A stretch of 49,018 bases of DNA from Actinobacteria bacterium UBA7524 (GCA_002478275.1 DLMY01000019.1:1-49018); one strand, 5' to 3'. Counted from the first letter of the stretch, positions 1 through 12,302 are shown. The notes: generated by a model not told the origin, from the sequence alone. Translations and numbers: made by a program.

Positions 1-612
1 CACTTCTTCGAGAACATCCCGCCGATCAAGCGCAAGCTCCAGACACTCTACGACGTCGGGCTCGGTTACATCCGTATGGGCCAGCCGGCCACGACGCTTT
101 CCGGAGGCGAGGCCCAGCGCGTNNNNNNNNNNNNNNNNNNNNNNNNNNNNNNNNNNNNNNNNNNNNNNNNNNNNNNNNNNNNNNNNNNNNNNNNNNNNNN
201 NNNNNNNNNNNNNNNNNNNACCCTCTCCGGCGGCGAGGCCCAGCGCGTCAAGCTCGCCAGCGAGCTGCAGAAGCGCTCGACGGGGCGCACGTTCTACATC
301 CTCGACGAGCCGACGACGGGCCTGCACTTCGACGACGTGCGCCAGCTGCTCCACGTCCTGCAGCGCCTGGTCGACGCCGGCAACACCGTGCTCGTCATCG
401 AACACAACCTCGACGTCATCAAGAGCGCCGACCACGTGATCGACCTGGGTCCCGAGGGTGGCGATCATGGCGGGCGGCTCGTGATAGCGGGCACGCCTGA
501 AGAAGTGGCCGCGTGTCGACACTCGCACACCGGCCGCTTCCTCGCGCCCGTGCTCGAAGGACGTCCCGCGACCGTCGCTCCCGAGGCGGCCGCGATCGCC
601 GGAGGCGAGTGA
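1..612 (+). CDS. uvrA: Excinuclease ABC subunit A, C-terminal part (5' truncated, spans N gap 123-219)
   Basis: Frame 1 reads [30 protein letters not shown]...[11 protein letters not shown]...[10 protein letters not shown]...DLGPEGG, the second ABC domain of UvrA. Confidence 0.97.
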   Translation, partial: HFFENIPPIKRKLQTLYDVGLGYIRMGQPATTLSGGEAQRXXXXXXXXXXXXXXXXXXXXXXXXXXXXXXXXXTLSGGEAQRVKLASELQKRSTGRTFYILDEPTTGLHFDDVRQLLHVLQRLVDAGNTVLVIEHNLDVIKSADHVIDLGPEGGDHGGRLVIAGTPEEVAACRHSHTGRFLAPVLEGRPATVAPEAAAIAGGE

Positions 613-613
613 T

Positions 614-1960
614 GTGAGCCGCCGCTGGGCCGCGATAGCGCTGCTGTTCGCGCTGGTGCTCGCGATCCCCGCATGGCACCTGCTCGCGAACGGTTCTGGC
701 ACCGGTCCGGGCGGCACGGGGAGCGACTTCGGCTTCGAGCCGCTCGGTCCATCGGGCCCGCAGGAGACGGCGTTGCGCCTTGTCCGCCTTGCCGGTGTCG
801 AGCATGCGAGTGTGTGGAGCGACGGCGACATCGCCGCCATGCGCATCGAGGTTCCGGCGATCAACACCCCGGCCGATCCCGCGATCGCCTGGCAGGCCGG
901 CGCGGCCGCGCTGTTGGCGGCGTACCCGGACGCGAGCGCGTGCGTGGTGCAACTCTTCGCCGGCGGCCAGCCGCTTATACAGGTCCGCTATGAAGCTGGA
1001 GCCTTGCGCGACCCTGCCGTCGAACTCGGCCCCTGCACCGTCTTATTCACCTATCCACCGCTCACTCTCCCCGCCGAGGAGCACCCTCAGCGCTTCGGCC
1101 CCACTCCCGATGACTGGCTCGGGGAGCCGGGTTCCGCCGTGGTCGTCGGCGTGCACCTGCCCGACCGTTACCTCGAGGCGAAGAACATCGCCGCCGGTCT
1201 TCGTGGTCCGGTCGAGCAACCTCGGCCTGCGGCCGGGCAGCAGGATCCCGGCACCGCAGATGACACGCTGCAGGGGCCGGCATCCGCCATGCGTCAGCGC
1301 ATAGCTGCCTTCCGCTCGGGCGGAGAAGGCATCACGGCAGCGTCATCCGATGTCGGCGCCGGGAAGGCATGGGCGATGCGGGCCATAGCCGCGCTCGACG
1401 CACAGGAGCACGACCTTGCCGCTGAACTGGCCGACGACATCGCTGGCGTTCTCGATGAAGACCACTCGGCCTCCACCGTGCGTCGGCTCAAGTCGCTCGC
1501 GCTCGTCGCGTTCGCGGTCGAGCGTACCGCGTTGGACCGATCACTCATCGATGACGCGCTGCCGCTCTCGGATGCGTTGTCCGGAGCCGCGTTCGACCCG
1601 CACTACGAGGAAGCGCTGTCGGCCCTTTCGCAGACCGGCGAGCCGACCGTGCCGATCGAAGAGCTGACCCGGCAGGAGCCCGACGTATCCGCGGCCGAGC
1701 TGCAGACGCCCCAGGGTCTTGACCTGCTTCCCGCTCTTTTCATCCGCGCCGACGGCCTCAGGGTGGCGGGGGTGTCGGACCGGCCGCGAAGCTGGACGGT
1801 CTGGTCGGGTGAGGGTTGGGGCACCTACTATGCTCCCGATAGCGGCGCATACGCCATCTGCTTCTCACCCGTCGAGGGCTGGGCATGGTCGCACGACAGG
1901 ATAGCGGTGGTGGACGCCGCCGACCTGGGCCGCACGATCGCGATACTGGCGGTGGAGTAG
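614..1960 (+). CDS. Hypothetical secreted or membrane-anchored protein (448 aa)
   Basis: GTG 1 nt after the uvrA stop, stop 1 nt before the uvrC ATG; N-terminal hydrophobic segment RRWAAIALLFALVLAIPAW, then a Gly-rich linker; no family recognised. Confidence 0.75.
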   Translation: MSRRWAAIALLFALVLAIPAWHLLANGSGTGPGGTGSDFGFEPLGPSGPQETALRLVRLAGVEHASVWSDGDIAAMRIEVPAINTPADPAIAWQAGAAALLAAYPDASACVVQLFAGGQPLIQVRYEAGALRDPAVELGPCTVLFTYPPLTLPAEEHPQRFGPTPDDWLGEPGSAVVVGVHLPDRYLEAKNIAAGLRGPVEQPRPAAGQQDPGTADDTLQGPASAMRQRIAAFRSGGEGITAASSDVGAGKAWAMRAIAALDAQEHDLAAELADDIAGVLDEDHSASTVRRLKSLALVAFAVERTALDRSLIDDALPLSDALSGAAFDPHYEEALSALSQTGEPTVPIEELTRQEPDVSAAELQTPQGLDLLPALFIRADGLRVAGVSDRPRSWTVWSGEGWGTYYAPDSGAYAICFSPVEGWAWSHDRIAVVDAADLGRTIAILAVE

Positions 1961-1961
1961 C

Positions 1962-3869
1962 ATGACCGACGCCGCCGACAAGCGCGCCGCTGCTCCCACC
2001 GTCGCCGAGCAGGTCGCATCCGCCCCTGACGCACCCGGCGTCTACCTGTGGAAGGGCTCTTCCGGCGACGTCCTGTACGTCGGCAAGGCCAAGTCGCTCC
2101 GCAAGCGGATGAAGCAGTACGTCCTCGGGCATGACGACCGACCGCAGATACCCATACTCATGAGTCAGGTCACTACCTTCGACTACGTCGTGTGCGACAG
2201 CGAGATCGACTCGCTGATCCTGGAGAAGAACCTCATCAAGCAGTTCGACCCGCCATACAACGTGGACTACCGCGACGACAAGAGCTACCCGTTCATCGCC
2301 CTGACCTTGTGCGACCCGTTCCCGGCCATCAAGTTCACCCGCGAGAAGCACCGCGAGGGCACTCGGTACTTCGGCCCGTACACCGATTCGCGGGCCGCGC
2401 GCGCGACCATCGAGGCCGTGCGCAAGGTCTACCCGGTCTGCAGCACGCAGTGTGTCGAGTGGAGGCGCCTGACCGCACGGGGCGGCGAGCCGCTCGGCCG
2501 CGCGTGTTTCGACTACAACGTCGGCAAAGGCCCGGGACCGTGCGTAGGTGCCATCACGCGCGAGGAGTACGCGGCCACCGTCGAGAAGGTCATCCAGTTC
2601 CTCCAGGGCAGACACGCCGGAGTCGCCGGGGAGCTCGAGTCGCGCATGCGTGAAGCAGCCGCGGACCTCGACTACGAGCGAGCCGCGCGCTTCCGCAACC
2701 GCCTCGAGGCGATCCGGGTGCTCGACGAGCGGCAGAAGATCGTCTCGGCCAGTCCGCTCGACGCCGACGTGGTCGGCGTGTATCGCGAGGAGACCATCGC
2801 CGGTGTCAATGTGCTCGTGGTGCGCGAGGGACGCGTCCTCATAGGCAACGAGTTCGTGCTCGACAAAGGTCTCGACGTGCCCGCTCCGGAGCTCATCGCC
2901 GGATTCCTCTTGCGCTACTACGACGAGACCTCTCACGTGCCGCGCGAACTCCTGCTCCCTGAGCTTCCTGACGACGCGGTCACCTTCGAGGAGTGGCTGA
3001 CCTCGCTTCGCGGGACGCGCGTGCATCTCAAGGTCCCGCAGCGCGGCGAGAAGCGCGAACTGCTTGCGATGGCCGAGACGAACGCACGCCACACCCTCAT
3101 GCGTCACAAGGTCCGCACCCGCTATGACGAAGAGCGCCTCAACCTCGCCCTCATCCAGCTCGAAAGCGCACTCTCGCTACCCGCTCCGCCGCTGCGTATC
3201 GAGTGCTACGACATCTCCACGCTGCACGGCCGTCACTCCGTCGGCTCGATGGTCGTGTTCACGAACGGTCGTCCCGACACCGCCGCCTACCGCCGCTTTC
3301 GCGTACGCCTCGATTCCGGCGAGGCTAACGACGTCGCCATGATGTCCGAGGTCCTGCGCCGCCGCTTTGCGCCCGCCAAGCATGGCGACACGCGCTTCGC
3401 GACCACCCCGGACCTGGTCATCGTGGACGGGGGCAAGCCGCAGCTTTCCTCGGCGATCGCAGCGATGCGCGAGGTGGGTGCGGACAGCATCCCCGTCGCC
3501 GCGCTCGCGAAACGGGAGGAGGAGCTCTGGCTTCCCGGTTTCGACGAGCCAGTCGTCCTGCCCGCCGGTTCCGCCTCGCTCTACCTGGTCAAACGCGTGC
3601 GTGACGAGGCGCACCGCTTCGCCATCACGTACCACCGCGAGCTGCGCGCCAAGGCGATGACCGCCAGCGTGCTCGACGACATCCCTGGCCTGGGTCCCAA
3701 GCGGCGCAAGGCGCTCATCAAGGCATTCGGTAGCGTGAAGCGCCTGCGCGACGCCTCGGCCGAGGACATCGCCGCCGTCCCCGGCATCCCACGTGAAATC
3801 GCAAACGAGATAGTCGCCGTTATGGGACAATATCGGTCAAAGACCACACCCGCCGAGGAGACCTCGTAG
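1962..3869 (+). CDS. uvrC: Excinuclease ABC subunit C
   Basis: GIY-YIG domain (PGVYLW...LYVGKAKSLRKR), UVR motif (YERAARFRNR), RNase H-like IECYDIS...DGGKPQL, RDEAHRFAI, C-terminal HhH (IPGLGPKRR). Confidence 0.97.
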   Translation: MTDAADKRAAAPTVAEQVASAPDAPGVYLWKGSSGDVLYVGKAKSLRKRMKQYVLGHDDRPQIPILMSQVTTFDYVVCDSEIDSLILEKNLIKQFDPPYNVDYRDDKSYPFIALTLCDPFPAIKFTREKHREGTRYFGPYTDSRAARATIEAVRKVYPVCSTQCVEWRRLTARGGEPLGRACFDYNVGKGPGPCVGAITREEYAATVEKVIQFLQGRHAGVAGELESRMREAAADLDYERAARFRNRLEAIRVLDERQKIVSASPLDADVVGVYREETIAGVNVLVVREGRVLIGNEFVLDKGLDVPAPELIAGFLLRYYDETSHVPRELLLPELPDDAVTFEEWLTSLRGTRVHLKVPQRGEKRELLAMAETNARHTLMRHKVRTRYDEERLNLALIQLESALSLPAPPLRIECYDISTLHGRHSVGSMVVFTNGRPDTAAYRRFRVRLDSGEANDVAMMSEVLRRRFAPAKHGDTRFATTPDLVIVDGGKPQLSSAIAAMREVGADSIPVAALAKREEELWLPGFDEPVVLPAGSASLYLVKRVRDEAHRFAITYHRELRAKAMTASVLDDIPGLGPKRRKALIKAFGSVKRLRDASAEDIAAVPGIPREIANEIVAVMGQYRSKTTPAEETS

Positions 3870-3885
3870 CGGGTAGCGGTTCACG

Positions 3886-6800
3886 ATGGACGGGAGTCCG
3901 GTGGCAGGCGAGCATCTGGCAGCGGTCTGGGAGGAACTGGGGAAGGTCGACTACCTCCTCGACCAGCTCGCGCGCGCTGTCGAACGCGGGGAGGTGGCGC
4001 CGGAGGTCTACGAGCGGCTCGCGCCACGTTACCTTGAGCGGCGAAGCGACCTTGCGAAGGCGATCGATGCGGCCGCGCAAGCTCCGATCGCGGTCGCCCC
4101 GGCCACGCAGCCTGTCGCATCGACGCCTGTGGCGGTACCGCCCGCCTTCGTGCCGCCACCTGCGGTCCGAGTCGCGCGCAAACCCGTGCAGTGGACGACG
4201 GTGCTCACGATGACCGGCGCGTTCCTGGTGATCGTCGCAGCCGCCATCTTCGCTATAGCGACGTGGGACCTGTTCCCGCTCACCTTCCGTCTTGCGTTCC
4301 TCGGTGTGTTGACCGCCGGCTTCTATGGTGCCGGGTGGTTCGTGCGATCCCGGCTCGACCTCGCTGCCGGAGGAGTCGCGTTGATCGCGGTCGGTTCGGC
4401 GATGCTGCTTTTCGACGGGTGGATCGCCATCCAGGGCTACCGCCTTGCAGGTCCCTGGCCCTGGGTGGTCTGGTTGGCTGTGTGCTCTGCGGCGTACTGG
4501 TTCACCGAGGTGCGTGTCGGAGGCAGGTTCTTCGGGGTGACCGGCGCGGCGGCGCAGATCGCCTGGTGGTGGTTGTTCGCCGAGGGGCTGGGCTGGAGCA
4601 CGGCTCCCCGTTATGCCGGCATAGCGGTCGTCGGACTCGTCTGGACGCTCGCCGCTCGGCAGGTCACGCGCGCGAAACAGGATGCCGCAGGACCTTTCAC
4701 GACCTTGGCGATGGTTCTCAAGTGGGCTGCTCCTGTCGCGATCGGGTTGTCGGCATTCGCATTGCTTCAGGACGCGGCTATCGGTTTCGGTGGCTGGACA
4801 GAGGTCTGGTCTGCGCTTGTCGTGGGTGTCGCGGCGACGGCGGTGTTCGAGTGGAGCGGCTTCCCCCGGGGGGTCGCGGCGACAGCGCACATCCCTCTGC
4901 TCGTAGCGTTCCTTTCGATGCTCGATGGACGCGAGTATATCTGGTGGGACGTCGCGTTCCTTGTGGCACTGGCGATCGGGTACGCTCTGTTCGAGCTGTG
5001 GCGCGGAGGGTGGGGGCACGGGCTGCTTGCGTTCGGTTCTGAATTCGGCGCCTGGGTCGCGTTGGCCGGTGTGCTCGACTGGTCCCCTGACGTCGTCGTC
5101 GCGCTGCTCATCGCGGTCGGCGGGTCGTGGATCCTCGCCTCGCACCTGCTCGAGTCGAAGACAGTCGGGCTTGCTGCCGGCCAGGCCGTCTCGTACCCGG
5201 GCCTTCAACCTCTGGCGACGATGGCCCGTAACCTGGGCTTTGCGGTACTCGCCCTGTTCACTCTCGCCATTCCCCTCGCGCACGGGGCCGTGCCGCTCGC
5301 GGGGCAGGCGTTCGGCGGCCGGGAAGTTGCGCTTACCGCCTTCGCGTTCGCGATGTGGTTCGCGGTGGCGTACGTCAAGCACAACGCCTATGGGATGCTG
5401 GCTGCGATCGCCGTCTCGCTGTATATGGTCGCCGCTGCGCTGAACTGGCTTGTCCCTGCACAGCACAGCGCCGTGTACGCGACCGCGCTCCTTGTCGTGG
5501 TCGCCGTCTGGCTGTGGGCGGCCGACATGCTGGCGAGGCGCACAGGCACCGCTCCCGAGATCTTCGACTGGGTCGCAAGAGGCCTCGCCGCGGCGATCGT
5601 GATCGCTGGCCTGGTCGTCGCCGGAGTGTACTTCAAGGTCGGTGCGTGGCCTGCGGTGTTGTTGCTCGGCCTCGGTGCAGGGCTGTGGTTCACAGACACG
5701 CTGCGCAGGGACGTGGTGCGTTCCGGCTTCGCGGTTGCCGCCATCCAGGTGGTCGGCGCTGGAGGAGTGGCAGCGCTCCGGCTTGGAGACGACCGGGCGT
5801 TCGCGATCGGAGCTGCTGCCGTGGCCCTGATCGCGTGTGCAGCAGGTTTCTCCTGGCGTCGCATCTCAGGTCTGGGTACCTGGTGGTCGCTGACGGCTGC
5901 AGCTGCGGGCACGGCATCGACTGCGTACCTCGCGGTCTGCGTCTGGCTTACCGTGGTCTTGAAGCATGAGGCGTGTTTCGCACGACTTGCGTTGGTCCTG
6001 GCGCTTTGCGCCGCAGCCTGGGCGCTCGCCGCCGCAGCATCTCGCCATACCTGGGTGGGTCTGGCGGCTGGGATCTGTTTGGTCTTCTCGGTCTACTCGC
6101 TCTACTCACACCTGGATGTGACGCCCTGGATCGCAGTGGCGGTCTCGCTCGCGACTTCGGCACTGGCACTGATGCCTCTGGTACTCACGGACAGCGCTGC
6201 ACGCCGGCGCCCGGTCGCTCGTGTGTTCGCAGCATCAGGGCTCGTCATGCTTGTCGCATTCGTCGTCGTGCAATGGATGGTCAGGTTCGGCTTCTGGGTC
6301 GAGGGTACCTGGATGCTTGCGGGCGACCATGCTGTCGCCACGGTACTCCTCGGCATGGGTGCGTACGTGCTTGTGGCCGGCGCGCTGGAGCGTTTCGACT
6401 GGTCGGTCTACGCGGGCTTTGCGATCGTGCTGCTTTCGTACTGGGTCTTCGCTTCGACGTTCGAGCGGGCCACCGTGGAGTGGTTCACGACGCCGCTGGC
6501 GCTCTACTTCGTGTGGGCGGGCTGGTGGTGGGCGCGGTCGCGGCCCGAACGTGAAGCTCCCGCGGTCGCCGACATCGCGTCGGTCGCGGTGGGTCTCGGC
6601 GCCCCGACGGTGCTGGCCGCTCTGCCGCATGCATCGCCCGAGCCCTGGACGCACCTGGTCTGGGCGCTAGGCATCGCGCTGGTCGCGATAGGGGCGGGCG
6701 TGGCCTTCAAGGTGCGGGCGTACTTCTTCGGAGGCATCGCATCGGTGGTGCTCCTGGCGCTGGTTCGCACGTGGGTCTACCTGATGCAATTCTGGTGGCT

Positions 6801-6906
6801 CGTCCTGGGGATGATCGGTGTGACGATGCTGGTCGTGGCGCTGACCTGGGAGCGCCAGCGAGTGACCCGTCAGCGTATCGGGGACACGTTCGAGGGATGG
6901 CGCTGA
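3886..6906 (+). CDS. Large polytopic membrane protein (DUF2157/SCO7613-like architecture), 1006 aa
   Basis: Short soluble N-terminus, Pro/Ala/Val linker, then more than 20 hydrophobic segments; C-terminus WWLVLGMIG...WERQR...EGWR. Confidence 0.8.
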   Translation: MDGSPVAGEHLAAVWEELGKVDYLLDQLARAVERGEVAPEVYERLAPRYLERRSDLAKAIDAAAQAPIAVAPATQPVASTPVAVPPAFVPPPAVRVARKPVQWTTVLTMTGAFLVIVAAAIFAIATWDLFPLTFRLAFLGVLTAGFYGAGWFVRSRLDLAAGGVALIAVGSAMLLFDGWIAIQGYRLAGPWPWVVWLAVCSAAYWFTEVRVGGRFFGVTGAAAQIAWWWLFAEGLGWSTAPRYAGIAVVGLVWTLAARQVTRAKQDAAGPFTTLAMVLKWAAPVAIGLSAFALLQDAAIGFGGWTEVWSALVVGVAATAVFEWSGFPRGVAATAHIPLLVAFLSMLDGREYIWWDVAFLVALAIGYALFELWRGGWGHGLLAFGSEFGAWVALAGVLDWSPDVVVALLIAVGGSWILASHLLESKTVGLAAGQAVSYPGLQPLATMARNLGFAVLALFTLAIPLAHGAVPLAGQAFGGREVALTAFAFAMWFAVAYVKHNAYGMLAAIAVSLYMVAAALNWLVPAQHSAVYATALLVVVAVWLWAADMLARRTGTAPEIFDWVARGLAAAIVIAGLVVAGVYFKVGAWPAVLLLGLGAGLWFTDTLRRDVVRSGFAVAAIQVVGAGGVAALRLGDDRAFAIGAAAVALIACAAGFSWRRISGLGTWWSLTAAAAGTASTAYLAVCVWLTVVLKHEACFARLALVLALCAAAWALAAAASRHTWVGLAAGICLVFSVYSLYSHLDVTPWIAVAVSLATSALALMPLVLTDSAARRRPVARVFAASGLVMLVAFVVVQWMVRFGFWVEGTWMLAGDHAVATVLLGMGAYVLVAGALERFDWSVYAGFAIVLLSYWVFASTFERATVEWFTTPLALYFVWAGWWWARSRPEREAPAVADIASVAVGLGAPTVLAALPHASPEPWTHLVWALGIALVAIGAGVAFKVRAYFFGGIASVVLLALVRTWVYLMQFWWLVLGMIGVTMLVVALTWERQRVTRQRIGDTFEGWR

Positions 6907-7077
6907 CCCAACCGGCGATATGTGTTCTTCTCGCTCCCGGGTCCGACAACACGTCAGTCCCCTCAGGTATACTCGAAAGACGCTGCGAACAGCGGTTGCG
7001 ACGGCATCCGCGTGCTTGAGCAGTACGTGACACGGCCCGCGTGTGGGCGCCACAAGACGCGAGAGGGGCGAGGCTAC

Positions 7078-8001
7078 GTGACGCAAGAGTGCGACCTTCC
7101 CGCCGAGGAGAACGGCGCCACCGCCAATTCCCCCGAGCTCGTGGTCATAACCGGTATGTCCGGTGCCGGCCGCTCCGAGGCGATACACACCTTCGAGGAC
7201 CTCGGCTACTTCTGCATCGACAACCTGCCACCCAACTTCATCCGCCAGGTCGTCGACCTGACGGCTCTGCCCGGCAGTAAGGTGCGCCGCATCGCTGTCG
7301 TATGTGATGTGCGCGCGCGGGAGTTCTTCGACGAGCTGGCCGGCGAGCTCAAGCGTCTCGAGGATGACGGTGCGGCGTTCCATCTCCTGTTCCTTGAGGC
7401 CGACGACGAGACCCTCGTCCGCCGCTTCAAGGAGACGCGCCGTCGCCACCCGCTGTGCGAGACGGGCGGCTCGGTGGCCGAGGGCATCGAAGCTGAGCGC
7501 GAAGCACTGGGAGCGATCCGCGCACGCGCCGATGTGGTGATCGATTCGACCGAACTCCGCCCTGCTGAGCTGCGCGCGGCGATCAAGGAGCGCTTCTTCT
7601 CGGGACAGCGCCGCCCTTCGCTCACCGTCACCGTGATGTCGTTCGGATTCAAGTACGGGGTGCCCATCGACGCGGACATCGTCATGGACGTGCGTTTCCT
7701 GCCCAACCCTTACTACCAGCAGGAACTGCGCGACCACACCGGTCTCGACGAACCTGTGCGGGACTTCGTCTTGCAGCGCGAAGAGACAGAGGCCTTCATC
7801 GACCGCTGGTTCTCCCTGCTCGAGGTCTTGTTGCCCGGCTACCTCATGGAGGGCAAAGCGCATCTCGCGATAGCGCTGGGCTGCACCGGCGGCATGCACC
7901 GTAGCGTCGCACTCGCCGAGGAGACCACGACGTTCCTGAACTCTCTCGGTTACACCTCTGCCGTCAGCCACCGGGACATCGGCAAGGACCGGAGAGCGTG
8001 A
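7078..8001 (+). CDS. rapZ: RNase adapter RapZ (YvcJ family P-loop NTPase)
   Basis: ITGMSGAGRS, GYFCIDNLP, RRFKETRRRHPL, SFGFKYG, DVRFLPNP, GCTGGMHRSV; start set at GTG 7078 after a GAGG-type RBS. Confidence 0.95.
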   Translation: MTQECDLPAEENGATANSPELVVITGMSGAGRSEAIHTFEDLGYFCIDNLPPNFIRQVVDLTALPGSKVRRIAVVCDVRAREFFDELAGELKRLEDDGAAFHLLFLEADDETLVRRFKETRRRHPLCETGGSVAEGIEAEREALGAIRARADVVIDSTELRPAELRAAIKERFFSGQRRPSLTVTVMSFGFKYGVPIDADIVMDVRFLPNPYYQQELRDHTGLDEPVRDFVLQREETEAFIDRWFSLLEVLLPGYLMEGKAHLAIALGCTGGMHRSVALAEETTTFLNSLGYTSAVSHRDIGKDRRA

Positions 8002-8990
8002 TGGCCGATCCATGCGACCATAAGCGCCGAGTCGCTGCGATCGGCGGAGGTACCGGGCTCCCGGTGGTCCTGCGCTGCCTCGTCGAGTCGGGCTGCGAAG
8101 CGACGGCCATCGTGACGATGGCTGACGACGGCGGCTCCAGTGGACAGCTCCGGGAGCAGCTGGGGATGCTGCCGCCCGGCGATGTCCGCAATTGTCTTGT
8201 CGCCCTGGCCGATCCCGGGTCATTGGAGGCGCGGCTCTTCCAGTACCGCTTCCCGCACGGTGAAGGACTCGCCGGTCACGCGCTGGGCAACCTGGTTCTT
8301 GCAGCCCTGGCGGACATAGCAGGCGGCTTTCCCCAGGCCATTGAGGCCGCAGCGGGCTTGCTCGGTTCGCAGGGGCGGGTGTTGCCATGCACGCTTGCCG
8401 ACGTGCATCTGCGTGCAGTGGACGCCACCGGGGAGCCTGTCGCCGGGCAGGCGCTCATCGCCAACACGCAGGGACCGTTCGTCGACATCGCACTCGATCC
8501 GCCGTGTCCACCCGCGAACCCCGCCGTTCTGGAGGCTATCGCCAGTGCCGACGCGATCGTGATCGGGCCCGGCAGCCTGTTCACTAGCATCCTGCCGAAC
8601 CTTCTTGTGGATGGTGTGGCTGAAGCGGTGCGTGGTTCCTCGGCGAAGTGTGTGTACGTGTGCAACGTAGCCAATCAGCGCGGAGAGACCGGTGGCATGG
8701 ACGCGCACGATCACGTGCGCGCGCTGCACGACCACGGGCTTGAAGGTGCGATCGACGTCGTGCTCGTCCATGGCGGGAGCGATGACGGCCCCTGGACAGG
8801 CGCGGCGGCGTCGGACGTGTGCGATGATGTTGCTGCCGTCTGCGAGCCGGTACGTGCCGATAGCCCGGTCAGGGAACGGATCGCCGCGATGGGGCCCCAG
8901 GTTCGCGCCCGTGACCTGGTCGACAGACACAACCCGCTGCGGCATTCGGCAGCGGCCCTGTGTATCGCGCTTCGAGAGGTCATCGGGTAG
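8001..8990 (+). CDS. yvcK: YvcK/CuvA family UDP-GlcNAc-binding protein
   Basis: IGGGTGL, ADDGGSSG, PPGDVRN, GHALGNL, GPGSLFTS; sits between rapZ and whiA. Confidence 0.93.
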   Translation: MADPCDHKRRVAAIGGGTGLPVVLRCLVESGCEATAIVTMADDGGSSGQLREQLGMLPPGDVRNCLVALADPGSLEARLFQYRFPHGEGLAGHALGNLVLAALADIAGGFPQAIEAAAGLLGSQGRVLPCTLADVHLRAVDATGEPVAGQALIANTQGPFVDIALDPPCPPANPAVLEAIASADAIVIGPGSLFTSILPNLLVDGVAEAVRGSSAKCVYVCNVANQRGETGGMDAHDHVRALHDHGLEGAIDVVLVHGGSDDGPWTGAAASDVCDDVAAVCEPVRADSPVRERIAAMGPQVRARDLVDRHNPLRHSAAALCIALREVIG

Positions 8991-11037
<2,047 letters not shown>

Positions 11038-11058
11038 GGCGATACCGTATCGGCACCT

Positions 11059-11090
11059 GACGGCGGGGCCGCGATTCCGGTCCCGCCGTC
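11059..11090 (+). terminator. GC-rich stem-loop after gap (partial terminator or mRNA-stabilising hairpin)
   Basis: GACGGCGGGGCCG-CGATTC-CGGTCCCGCCGTC, 13-bp stem with one G-U pair; no U-tract. Confidence 0.55.
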
Positions 11091-11111
11091 GTACATGTCC
11101 TCGGAGGGGCG

Positions 11112-12302
11112 ATGTTCGACAAGAAGACGGTCAAGGATATCGATGTAAAGGGTTTGCGCGTTCTTGTGAGGGTCGATTTCAACGTTCCGTTGCAGGAGGG
11201 GTCTGTCACTGACGATACCCGCGTGCGCGCGGCATTGCCCACACTGCGCTACCTGGTCGATCACGGAGCGCGCGTGATCGTCATGAGTCACCTCGGCAGG
11301 CCCGATGGAGCTCCCGACCCCAAGTACTCGCTTCGTCCCGTCAGGCGCGTGCTCCAGCGTCTCATGGGCCGCAACGTCGTCTTCGTCGACGATATCGTCG
11401 GGGCCGAGGCGCAAGAAGCGGTCGAACGCATGGTAGACGGCGAGATACTCATGTTGGAGAACGTTCGTTTCCATCCGGGAGAGAAGAGCAACGATGACGA
11501 GTTCTCCTCGGCGCTGGCGAGCCTCGCCGATCTGTACGTCAACGATGCATTCGGCGCTGCTCACCGGGCGCATGCGTCGACGGCGGGTGTGACGAAGCAC
11601 CTCCCCGCGGTCGCCGGCCTGCTTCTTTCGCGTGAGGTCAAGATGCTGACGAACATGCTCGCGGAGCCCGAACGGCCGTTCGTGGCTATCCTGGGCGGCT
11701 CGAAGGTCTCGGACAAGTTCGGTGTGATCGAGCGGCTGTTGGAGTGCGTGGACACGTTGATCATAGGCGGGGGCATGTGCTTCACGCTGCTCGTGGCCAA
11801 AGGCGTCGAGGTCGGCCGCTCGTTGGTTGAAGACGAATGGGTCGAGCCGGCCAAGGCGATGCTCGAGAAGGCGTCTTCGAGCGGCGTGGAGCTCCTGCTG
11901 CCCGTCGACTTCGTCGTCGCCGATATGATCGCAGAGGACGCAGAGACCAGGATCGTCGGCCGCGAGGAGATACCGGCCGAGATGATGGGACTCGACATCG
12001 GCCCGACGACCATCGAGCTGTTCGCCGGTGAGATCGGCCACGCCAAGACGATCTTCTGGAACGGGCCGATGGGCGTCTTCGAGATGACGCCGTTCGAGAC
12101 CGGGACACGTAAGGTTGCTCAAGCGGTCGCCCGGAACAACCGCGCGGCATCCATCGTCGGGGGTGGTGACTCGGTCGCGGCTCTCAAGAAGTTCGAGCTC
12201 GAAGAACGCGTGACCTTCGTGTCCACTGGTGGAGGTGCATCGATGAAGCTGCTCGAGGGCTCGGAATTGCCTGGAGTGGAGGCGCTGCAGGACCGCGAGT
12301 GA
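11112..12302 (+). CDS. pgk: Phosphoglycerate kinase
   Basis: RVDFNVP, SHLGRP, DAFGAAHRAHAS, WNGPMGVFE, STGGGAS. Confidence 0.98.
   Translation: MFDKKTVKDIDVKGLRVLVRVDFNVPLQEGSVTDDTRVRAALPTLRYLVDHGARVIVMSHLGRPDGAPDPKYSLRPVRRVLQRLMGRNVVFVDDIVGAEAQEAVERMVDGEILMLENVRFHPGEKSNDDEFSSALASLADLYVNDAFGAAHRAHASTAGVTKHLPAVAGLLLSREVKMLTNMLAEPERPFVAILGGSKVSDKFGVIERLLECVDTLIIGGGMCFTLLVAKGVEVGRSLVEDEWVEPAKAMLEKASSSGVELLLPVDFVVADMIAEDAETRIVGREEIPAEMMGLDIGPTTIELFAGEIGHAKTIFWNGPMGVFEMTPFETGTRKVAQAVARNNRAASIVGGGDSVAALKKFELEERVTFVSTGGGASMKLLEGSELPGVEALQDRE

Noticed and set aside
3868..3878. AGCGGGTAGCG at the ends of both uvrC and the aminotransferase gene (28981)
   Set aside because: Only 11 nt in GC-rich DNA, and no GTTT -35 to make a SigB-type promoter
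7153..7176. RapZ Walker A reads GAGRS rather than GxGKS
   Set aside because: This Lys-to-Arg variant is, as I recall, common in actinobacterial RapZ proteins
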